This document shows positions 28,834 to 38,800 of a stretch of DNA of 58,163 nucleotides, one piece after another. The DNA is taken from the IMG/VR virus record IMGVR_UViG_3300032236_000551, positions 1-58,163 of that record. One strand, given 5' to 3'. The position numbers and the translations under genes are program-made. The notes under the pieces were generated by a model, which saw only the letters and a program-made list of their open reading frames with translations, was not told the DNA's origin and did no database searches. Within the stretch, counting starts at the first letter, position 1. The number at the start of each line of letters is the position of its first letter. The DNA comes from a virus. Taxonomy: Duplodnaviria > Caudoviricetes.

Positions 28834-30366
28834 TTATCCTATTGCCAATGTGACATATCCGCTACCATTATTGGATCCAGCACCAGATCCGTCGTATGAT
28901 GGGCTAGAGATGTATGAACTATTGTAGTATGATGATCCACCTCCACCCATACCACCACCTTGACCACAATGTGATGTCATACCACCGCCACCATAGTAGC
29001 CACCTCCACCAGAGCCACCACCATTTCCGCAGTTACCATTTGCACCACCATAGAATGCTGATCCGTCACCACAACCCTCTGAAGATCCGTTAATATCAAT
29101 ACCACCAACACCACCAGAAGATTGACTGCCACCTTGTGCAACTCGGTTTGCTGAATTATAATTACCTTGTCCGCCAGCAGGATATCCAGCATTTCCAGAA
29201 TTTGGAGTATCACCGTCACCAGCGCCACCGCCACCACCGCCAATCAAATAATATGTAGATCTATTACCAGTGTTTAATGGATCACTAGTACCTGACCAAA
29301 AACCAGAGAATCCACCACCAGTTTGACCACCATTACTATTTGATGGACCACCACCTGGATATCCACCAGCTACAACACCGCTACTTTGGAAAAATCCTGA
29401 AGCTCCCACAACTGCATAATATGTTCCTACTGGAATAGATGAATATGTGCCAGCCATAACAGCACCATAACCTCCAGGACTATTAGAACTACTAGAACTA
29501 CTATTTCCACCTTTGGCGCCAGCACAAGTTACTCTTAAACTATGAGTAGAGTAAACAGTTATTGGATAAACAGTTCCAGCTGAAGAAAGAGTTACAGTCT
29601 GTGTTGAACCTGTGTTATAGTATGTTGTTCCGTTGACTGCCAGTAATCTTTTAACAGTTGAAATACTAAATGCTCTTGCAACACTAATACCAGTTGTATT
29701 AGTTATAGCAGTTACAGTAAAGGAAGATGTTGCAGTTGTATCAGGAACAGTACCAGTAATAACACCAGAAGAACTCAATGAGAGTCCAGAAGGTAGTGAA
29801 CCAGATGTTACCGAGAAAGATATAGATTGTGAATCACCATCTGAAGCAGATAGCGAGATATTAGCCGATGCACCACCATACAAAGTTCCTAGAGAACCAG
29901 CAGCAGTTGACCAAACTAAAGTTCTATCAATAGTTCCAGCAGCAGTAAGAACACCAGACAAACCAGATGGATTAACTACAGTAACATCAAAAGAAGCACC
30001 ACCAACATACGATACCAATGAAGCATTAGTAACTGCAGTTAATTGAGTTGAATTTACATAGGTTGTTCCCAAAACCCTTGGGGTATTAGAAACACCAGCA
30101 CCACCGATCTGAACATAAGATCCAGATTTAAAATTTGTTCCATTAACTGTTAGTGTTGTACTAACATTCTCGTTAATGATACCGCTAATAGATGTTATTC
30201 CAGGAGGAGCGTCGATAGCAGTCCACCCAGCAGAAGTATAAACTTCAGCTAATCCAATATCTGTATTGTAACGAAGCATCCCCTGAGTAGGAGATGGTCT
30301 ATTTGCTGAACTATCAGCAGGTAACTGTATTGCTTCTGGTCCAAGAACTGTTGGTTTAGTTGCCAT
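28834..30366 (-). CDS. glycine-rich adhesin paralog A
   Basis: Same architecture; ends GYVTLAIG. Confidence 0.85.
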   Translation of the reverse strand: MATKPTVLGPEAIQLPADSSANRPSPTQGMLRYNTDIGLAEVYTSAGWTAIDAPPGITSISGIINENVSTTLTVNGTNFKSGSYVQIGGAGVSNTPRVLGTTYVNSTQLTAVTNASLVSYVGGASFDVTVVNPSGLSGVLTAAGTIDRTLVWSTAAGSLGTLYGGASANISLSASDGDSQSISFSVTSGSLPSGLSLSSSGVITGTVPDTTATSSFTVTAITNTTGISVARAFSISTVKRLLAVNGTTYYNTGSTQTVTLSSAGTVYPITVYSTHSLRVTCAGAKGGNSSSSSSNSPGGYGAVMAGTYSSIPVGTYYAVVGASGFFQSSGVVAGGYPGGGPSNSNGGQTGGGFSGFWSGTSDPLNTGNRSTYYLIGGGGGGAGDGDTPNSGNAGYPAGGQGNYNSANRVAQGGSQSSGGVGGIDINGSSEGCGDGSAFYGGANGNCGNGGGSGGGGYYGGGGMTSHCGQGGGMGGGGSSYYNSSYISSPSYDGSGAGSNNGSGYVTLAIG

Positions 30367-30938
30367 TATTTAACACCCTTTAATTCTTTTACTTGGGCTT
30401 CTAATTCTTTAATTGCTTCGATTAGCAATGGAACAATTTTTTCGTATTGAACTGTTTTATAATTTTCGCCTGAACGAGACATTTCTGTATTTTCAAATAC
30501 CATAATGTCAAATGGAGCAGGTTTAACTGCCTGAGGTAAAACTTTTTCTACATCAGCTGCAAGAACTCCAACCTGAGTTTCTTTGTTTGTAAATCCAAAA
30601 GACTCAGCCAACTCATTAGCGTTATATGTAACACCTCTTAGTTGTAAGACTTTTTCCAAAGCATTTGGAATTAACTCTACATTAGTTTTTAATCTCTCGT
30701 CTGAGTAGTAAGAAGTGATTGTTGCAATCGCACGGATCTCACCAGCAGTTCCAGAAGATGCAGTGCCAACACCAAGACTAGTAAAGGAAGCAGTAATAGA
30801 ATTATTATTTACAGCTGTTACCTCTAACTTATTATCGTTAAGATTAATAAAGTTTGCGTCAATTTCCTGACTCGTTAAAGGAGAGCCTTTGGCAGTACCA
30901 CCAGTTGGATTCGTAATTCTTGTTACAATTGTAGTCAT
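30366..30938 (-). CDS. minimal fibre protein with peptidase S74 intramolecular chaperone
   Basis: KGSPLTSQEIDANFINLN anchor; YYSDERLK...GVLAADVEKVLP...YEKIVPLLIEAIKEL. Confidence 0.85.
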   Translation of the reverse strand: MTTIVTRITNPTGGTAKGSPLTSQEIDANFINLNDNKLEVTAVNNNSITASFTSLGVGTASSGTAGEIRAIATITSYYSDERLKTNVELIPNALEKVLQLRGVTYNANELAESFGFTNKETQVGVLAADVEKVLPQAVKPAPFDIMVFENTEMSRSGENYKTVQYEKIVPLLIEAIKELEAQVKELKGVK

Positions 30939-30957
30939 TATTGTTCCTGTGCTTTCC

Positions 30958-30964
30958 TATTTAT
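30958..30964 (-). promoter_or_regulatory. T4-like late promoter (ATAAATA)
   Basis: TAATAAATA in the gap before AGGA RBS and ATG 30938. Confidence 0.5.
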
Positions 30965-32574
30965 TATGTCTTCATAATGTAGCAGAGAGCGTAGTATGGT
31001 GGTAAGTTTGCGTTTGTTCCGCTATTACCAGTAGCAGAGATAGAAGTGCTAACAGAAACGCCAGTGTTTTCTGTAGATGTAGATTCAGAACCAGTAATTG
31101 CAGGATTTGAAGTACCAGAGTTATTATTGATCGCTGTGTTTCCACCAACGCTTTGGTGACCATAAACTTGATGGTGGTGACCTGGATCGTTTACTGTTGA
31201 GGTAGCAGTGTGGGTATGAGAAACAACAATAGAATCTGCACTACCGCCAGTAGTACCAGCACTATAACCACCACCAGCACCAATAACAAATCTGTCTCTT
31301 AAGTCTGGAGTTCCGTTTGATCCATTACACAATACCCAACCAGCAGGTATATTCGTGCTATTTCCGTACCACAAACTAATCAAACCAGATGGCACTGTAT
31401 TAGGTTTGTTTATCAAATCAGCATAAGAACCACTAGTAGCAACTGCTGCTAGTGTAGGTTTATTTGATAGATCGTTATATGAACCACTGGTAGCAACTGT
31501 TGCTAGTGTAGGTTTATTCTTAATAAAATCTGCTTGCGCATTATTTGTTTGAGTCCAGTTTGACTGGATTTGTCCAACGATTGTTGGTTTATTTGATAGA
31601 TCGTTATATGAACCACTAGTAGCAACTGCTGCTAAACCAGTAACAGCAATCGTTGGATCGCCAGAAACGCCACTACTATTTGTTATAGAAATATTTGCAC
31701 CAGCTTGAAGCGTTCTTGAAGCAACAGTACCAGCACCAGTTCTAACAATAATACCAGTGGTTGCGAGTGCAGCTAATGCAGCCAAGTCAGCATCATATGC
31801 TTGAATATCAGAGCCAACATTTAAAGACAATAATGTTTTTAATGTTGAAACAGACGCTTGACCAACAAGACTTCTACCGAATGCAGTAAAATCTGTAACT
31901 GCTGCAGCAGAGGAAGTGCTAAAGTAAGAAATTTTATCTGAAGCTGGAGTAACACCAGATAAAATTGTAAGAATATTATTAAATGGTTGAACATCTGAAC
32001 CAATGTTCAATCCAAGATTAGTTCTTGCCTGAGATGCTGTTGTAGAACCTGTACCACCATCGGCAATTGCCAATGCAGTAATACCAGCAATAGAACCACC
32101 AGTAATATTTACATTGTTATAATTTTGAGTAGAAAGACTACCCAATCCAAGATTAGTTCTTGCACCACTAGCGTCTGATGCACCAGTACCACCATTATTA
32201 ACTGCAGCGATACCAGTAATATTTAACGCAGTTCCAGACACATTGCCTGTAACATTGCCTGTTAAATTACCTTCGAAATTTGAAATAACTAAAGTTGCGT
32301 GACCTGTTTCGAAGAAAATATCTCCGTTAGAATCACGACCAACTAAAGAAGATGGAGTGTTAGTTAAAGAACCAACCAATCCGTGGACTGAATCTGCGTC
32401 TAATCCTGATCCAGCACCATCAACTGTTTTAAGTTTTGTAAGGATATCAGCAGCAGTATATGTAGATGCGTCTAACTTAGCCTGAACATCTGTGTTCAAG
32501 TTATTAAAGTTATCATCTACCTCTTGATTGGTTAGTGGACTGCCTTTGACAGTTCGTAGCACTAGTGTTGCCAT
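30964..32574 (-). CDS. short tail fibre with tail-collar-like C-terminal domain
   Basis: KGSPLTNQEVDDNF anchor; GGTGA...ARTNLGL; VATSGSY.DL.NKP repeats; VPSGLISLW...IPAGWVLCNG.NGTPDLRDRFVIGAG; NLPPYYALCYIMK. Confidence 0.85.
   Translation of the reverse strand: MATLVLRTVKGSPLTNQEVDDNFNNLNTDVQAKLDASTYTAADILTKLKTVDGAGSGLDADSVHGLVGSLTNTPSSLVGRDSNGDIFFETGHATLVISNFEGNLTGNVTGNVSGTALNITGIAAVNNGGTGASDASGARTNLGLGSLSTQNYNNVNITGGSIAGITALAIADGGTGSTTASQARTNLGLNIGSDVQPFNNILTILSGVTPASDKISYFSTSSAAAVTDFTAFGRSLVGQASVSTLKTLLSLNVGSDIQAYDADLAALAALATTGIIVRTGAGTVASRTLQAGANISITNSSGVSGDPTIAVTGLAAVATSGSYNDLSNKPTIVGQIQSNWTQTNNAQADFIKNKPTLATVATSGSYNDLSNKPTLAAVATSGSYADLINKPNTVPSGLISLWYGNSTNIPAGWVLCNGSNGTPDLRDRFVIGAGGGYSAGTTGGSADSIVVSHTHTATSTVNDPGHHHQVYGHQSVGGNTAINNNSGTSNPAITGSESTSTENTGVSVSTSISATGNSGTNANLPPYYALCYIMKT
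31400..31640. repeat. coding repeats (L/G)A(A/T)VATSGSY(N/A)DL.NKP (3 copies)
   Basis: DNA ggtttatttgatagatcgttatatgaaccact identical at ~31457 and ~31586. Confidence 0.8.
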
Positions 32575-32807
32575 TAATCTTCCTTAGTCTTTATCAACAA
32601 TTGGAGCATTTGCTTGATTTCGCTGATGTCTTGCTTTATATTATTTATCTCGTCTGTATTTCGTTCTACTTGAGATTGTTTAGTCAAAGCTGCATCACGA
32701 TTTTTTAAGTATGTTTCGTATTCCGAAACATTGGTATTTATAATTGCATTGGAACCAACCTCTCTAACAAGAGAGGGGTTTCCTTCAACTCGTAAATATT
32801 CAACCAT
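32574..32807 (-). CDS. conserved small coiled-coil protein of T4-like phages
   Basis: VEGNPSLVRE..SNAIINTN...DISEIKQML pattern directly after the DUF4815 gene; coupled on both sides. Confidence 0.75.
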   Translation of the reverse strand: MVEYLRVEGNPSLVREVGSNAIINTNVSEYETYLKNRDAALTKQSQVERNTDEINNIKQDISEIKQMLQLLIKTKED

Positions 32808-35800
32808 TATGTGCAGGCAATAACTCGTAAATCTTTAACAGAAGTAACCTCAGATCCGTTGGTAGATGTTAATACAAGTTTTACTTGCATTGCATCAAAC
32901 AGACTAGTATTGTTCAAAGTGAAACTAACATCAGTATATGTATTGTCTCCGAATTGAACCTTTGGTAATGTTGAATCTGGAGCCAACAATGTATAAGGTA
33001 GAGCATTAAACGGAGTAGCATTTCCAACTGGATTCAATTTATAGTAAACAGAAATATTTGAATTTGTTGGAGAATTTACAGAAACTGTTACCTTTAGAGT
33101 ATTCGCTGGTGTATTTAGATTGATCTTCTTAGTAACATAATTACTTAAAGTAGAACTACCATATGGAGCAATATCATCAACGAAAGTATTACCTTGAGTT
33201 ATTGTTATTGTATCGCCAGCAGATTGAGAAACAAAAGAACCACCAAGAGTAATTGAAGATCCGTCTGTAGCTACTGCCAAAACTTTGTATGTTCCATTAT
33301 TAGTAGTATGAGTAGTTACATTACTAATAGTTAAGTATGCACCAACCTTTGCAGTTAAGAACACTGCTTGTGTTGTACTGTCTGAAGTTGAAATACCAGT
33401 AGAAGTGAACGCAATTGCAGTATTTTGATTAGCAAATGCTGCATCATCAATACCACTCTGATTTGTGTAAGTATATGCAGGCGAATTAACTTTATTTGCA
33501 ACTGCAATTAAACTTAAACGAGTTGTATCTAAAACTGGAGAAACTGTATCTCTTGTTGTTGTCATAGTACACAACATTGAAACAGATTTATTTCCAGCAA
33601 GATAGAAGTTTTCATTTTGCTGTGATGCAACTAATCTTGTTGATGGATAGTAATTATTGTCACCCAAAGCGACACCAACGAATGCATCATCTGTATAGTA
33701 TGGAGCTTCCACACCATTCACAGAAGTTCCAGTAGTAGTCTTCATCGAGAACAATGAAGAAGTTTCTGAGAATGTCTGCATTTGAGCATTTGGTTGTAAT
33801 GTATTGTAAGCGATTTGTCCATTTACAGCTACAGTAGAACCACCACCATAACCATATTTCTTAGCAGTTGTAGTTGTATTGATGATGTAAGAATCAAAAT
33901 CAACAACCACTGAAACTGTTTGTGACTTGTAAATTTCAGTCGCTGGGATACCATTGACAGGTTGAACAACTTTAAACGCAGTATTTGTCGCCAAAGTTAT
34001 AGCAGAGTTTGATACAAGAGTCAACGCAGTATCACTAGAAACAGAAGCCACTACGCCAATATATCTTGGAGTTGTTTCAGCTGTGTATAGAACACAACCT
34101 TGACCAACAGTAGTAGTACCAACATCAGTAGTAAAGGCAGAAGAGTGTCCTGTAACTGTAGCACTACCAGTCGAAGTAGTGACTGCTCCAGTTGCTGTTA
34201 CACCATGGACTTTAGTATCATCAGTATTTGAAATTGTAACCAATGAGTTTGGAGTCAAACCATGGTTTGGATGGAATACCTTTAACTTTGCAGAACCAGT
34301 GTTTGTTTCGAATGGATCAGGGTCAAGATATGTTGTAGGTAATACATCGTTTACAAATTCAACATTACCAACAACTGTTGTGTCAAATTTCGCTCGATAA
34401 ATTGTAAACATCAAATCTTCATTTTGATCAGCAGACCATGTTGATCCGTTTTGCGACTTAAACAACACACCATTGTATGGCTGTTGAGATATAGTTCTTG
34501 AAGATCCTGGAATCTGATCGCCCATGCGAGCAACCCAAGCATTATATCCGTTTGAGTCTGAAGCAACAACAAGAGCGTAAGATGTCGCATCATTCAGATA
34601 AACTGGTGATGGGAATGTAAATCTTGTTGGAGTATCATATGATGGAACCTGAGAACCATCTGGTAATGTTACTTTATTTGTAGAAATATTTACCTGTTCT
34701 GGATTCAATGAAACAGAAGAGAATGGTAAAATTGTAGTTCCTGGATATCCATTAACAACTTCACGAATTTCAATATGAACAGGAATTGATTTATCTTTGG
34801 TAGCAAAGAACAAATCTACACCAGTAATGAATGCTCCACCTGGACTGCTAACTAAGAAAGTTTCAGCCAATGGATCATACCAACCAGTATCAGAAACAAC
34901 CCTTTGTTGAGTTTGAGTAATTGTTTGTGTATCGGTAACTTGGTTTTGAACGATTTGTCCATTACGAACTGCATTGTATGTTGCTTGCTTAGTTTGAAGG
35001 ACACCAGTCGCTTCATATATTGCAGAACCTTTAGACAACGCAACACTATTTGTTTGAGAATCAGTAAGAGTTAATGTTCTATTACCGCAACGGAAACGAA
35101 TAGAATCTGTTTGTGGGATATTAAACAAGAACTGACACTTACCATTAGTGTCGGTCATTATTGCATTACCAGCTACAGCTGTTGTCGGTGCAGTTTTGAT
35201 CGCTGCAGTAGCACCACTGATAGAACCAGTAATTGTTTCATTCGCTTGGAATGTTCCTTGAATATTGACAACATATAGATTTACTGATGTTATAACATTA
35301 TTGTCAAGTATGTTTTCTTTACCAACAATTACTGCAGTTGCGCCAGAAGTTCCACCAGTGATAACATCACCAGTATTTAAACAAACTTGTGTGTCACCAG
35401 AAACTTGTCTTGCTGCACCAACTGCTGCATTACCAACATTACTGTGGTCATCAAAAGTTCCAACAATTGTTGATGGTTTTAATGAAATTTGAGTTGCAGG
35501 AGTACAGAATTGATCAACACTCTGTTCATCAAAGAACGGATACATTTGTGTTAATGGTTTTAATCCAGTTGTCTGAACTAAAATATTTCTTGAACGAATA
35601 TATGGAATAACAGCAGTAGATAAGATTCTATCTGCAACTAATTGAGTATCAATTTTAGCAACAACAGAAGTTGTAACTCCAGTTCTTGATTGACCAATTT
35701 GAGTTGCAATAGTTTCTGCTTGAACGGCACGGTGAGCCCAACCACCTTGGTAAGACAAATCTCCGAACATGGCATCGATTGTTCCTGCGTCAGTATTTGA

Positions 35801-38800
35801 TGCAAGACCATCTCTCCAACCAACTACACCCAAACCTCGTTTATCACCAACATATTGAACAACACCAGTTGAAACAGGTGTTCCTGTCCACTGAGTTTGC
35901 CAAGCATTCCAAACTGTCCCAAGAACTCCAGCTTTTTGAGCAAGAGTTGAAATTGTATTAAAGTCACCTTCGACATTATTAATAATGTCTGGACGACGAT
36001 CAGTTTCAAACCAGTCATCATTTGGTGGATTGATACTAACATTACCCAAGAAAGTGAAAATAGCAAATGGGTTAATATTTTCTAATCTGGAACCATATGG
36101 TTGTTGAACCAAAACTGGTGTATCGATGATAGGTAATGTAATCAACTGCCCTGTTAATTGATAGTTTGCAGCAGCACGATCAGAATTGTTAGATACCTTT
36201 TCAATCATATTGACATTCTTCATAGAGAAGAAAGGTCTCAATACATTGTTTTGCATGTCAATAGAACACAAATAGTCAGGATTTGAAACATCACCAACTG
36301 AATGTCCACTAAAGTTATCAACTACGAAACCATTTTTATATCTTTGCAAACCAGTTGTTGAATCTAAAATTGCAGTAGATTGTGTTTCTTGTTCTAACAA
36401 TGACAATGATGTGTAGTATTCAAGAGTATTAATTCTTGATTCTAATCTTCCGATATCACGCATTGTGTATCGTTTGTTCTCAACTTTTTTCGTAACAACG
36501 CTACCAGAAGTTGTTGTAAATGTATATGGCTCTAAGTTTAGAGTATACAACAACATACCCAAATTAGGATCAGGTGGATCTGTAGGAGGAAGTCCTGGAT
36601 TACCTTTGATTTGGAAGAAATTACCTTTTCTATCAAGAGCAATTTTATCAGTTCTTGCTAGGTAATAACTAAAGTCAACTTCAAAATCAACACCTCGTTT
36701 TGGAACTAAACAAGATTGACCAGTGTTTGATGCTGATGTAAATGTTGATCCATTATCATCAATTCTTGGTCTAAAGTCGATACAATCACGGAGTGGGATA
36801 TTTCCAAAGAAAGGAATTTTCTTATAGTCGATTCCAGTATAAGAATCAACAGTAATATAGTCACCATTACCATGAGTAAAATACTCAAATGTTACCTGAA
36901 TTGGTGCATTTGGTGGTGCGAAAGAAGGAATCAAATTTATTTTCGCTAAATCATAGTAACTAGATTTCTGTCCGTCATCGAATGTATAACGATCCATAAT
37001 ATCAATTGTATAATTACCTGATGGAGCAGTAAATGTACCACTATCCATCATAACGCTAATTAATCTATATCCGTCTGCTTTGCCTAAAGAAATAATAGAA
37101 GCAGTTGCAGCAGCTTTAGATGTAAAGGTTACAGTATATGGAGCTGATAAAGTTTTTGATTTTCTAGTTAATGAAGAACCAGTTTTTACAACAGCACCAA
37201 TAATACTAAACGAACGAGAAGCGTATGTATCAGATAGCGTAAATGTAGTAGAAGATCCAGTTACATTAATATTTGATGAAGAAATAGGAACAGTCAATCC
37301 AGTTGTATTATCAACTAATTGATAGTTATCAACCTGTGCTGCAGAAATCATATTTCCACTGGTTGCAGAAATAGTTAAAGTACAGCTACCGCCTGAACCA
37401 GAGGAAGTTGTTCCACTGAATTTTTCATAGGCAGTATAATAAATTCTGTTTGTTCCGTCAGCTGCAGTAGCTGATTTTACAGCAAAGTATGGTAAACGGA
37501 ATAATGTTGTTTCATACTGTGGTTCTAAAATTTGAGTTGTAATTCTAGAAATAGTAGAACCAGTAACAGTAATAGCTGCATCAACAGTGATTGATGTTTG
37601 AGAATTTACTGCAGTTACTCTACGATATCTTCCGATTGCACCAAAATAAACATAGTTACCTACGGCTAATTGAGTTTGGAAAGAAGTACCAGAACCAGTA
37701 ATTGTTGTGCTATTGGAAGCAGTTACTGAACCGATCAACTGAGTTATTACTGGAACAATATCAGCTGTAAAGTCATATGTTGTTGCGCCAGCGGAATTAT
37801 TAAAGAAAACTGATTTAACATCAGTGGCAAAGTTATATGTGCCACTCATCTTAATATCAAATAAACCTAATTTGTAGTAAGCAGTTTGAGTTCCGATAGT
37901 TCCACTATCCCACTCAACAAAACGAACACGAGCAGTACCAACTTGAGTACCAGAAGTAGTTCCACGACCATCTTTCTTGGCAGTAGTTGCTGAAATTGCA
38001 ACTTCAGCATTTGCTACTAATACTAAGTTTGTATTGTTTGTAATTGAAGCAACAGTACCAACATAAACACCTGATGAGTTATAAATGTTAGAGCCGACAA
38101 CTAACTCAGTAGTAAATGCAGTTCCTGATCCACTAACTGCAGTAGTGTTTGTGGCAGCAGTTAAGTTTCCAGTAAGATTGGTTGTTGCTTGCATTGTAAA
38201 TTGATTATACAACGAAACGATGTCGAATGTTTCTACAGGTGGCAATCCATTGATCGCCTCAACCATAACATAATTACCAACAGTTTGCGGAGCCAATGCA
38301 GCAGTTACTTGAACTTGATGAGATGAATCACGGCACTTGTCAATGTAAACATATTCAGTTGCCACTTTAGTGATTTCATAACCCTGAACATATGCTTTTC
38401 CTGGCTCAAACCCAATAGCCAATTGATCATCACTACCATCTAATGTTATACCACGATTGAAATATGGTTTTGGTGTATATTCCCACTGAACACCAGTATT
38501 TCCAGATCCGTCATAAACTGAACCAGTAGTATGAGTAGGTGGAACTGCAGTACCAGATGTCCCACTATTTTTTGCAGTATAGTAATTACCAGCATTGGAA
38601 ACAATGTCGCCAATTAAATAAGTAGTAGGAGAAGAAGCCCATGATCCACGATCATTTGTTCTTGCTTCACGAACATCAATATTAAAAGGTGTAACTGTAT
38701 AGTTACCAGCTTCATCATATGTACGACGAGCTAAAGTATCTTCAAGAACATTGTATTGAGTTGTATTTACAATACGATTTAAACCACCGCTTGTAACTTT

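Noticed and set aside
9924-30366. Diversity-generating retroelement, suggested by an Mtd-like N-terminus and paralogous variable tips
   Set aside because: No reverse transcriptase or Avd gene in the window, no non-coding template repeat, and paralog differences are not confined to adenines. A trans-acting DGR elsewhere cannot be excluded.
25767-30366. Invertase-driven shufflon for adhesin switching
   Set aside because: All three copies are full length, in the same orientation, with their own start codons; no recombinase gene or flanking inverted sites seen.
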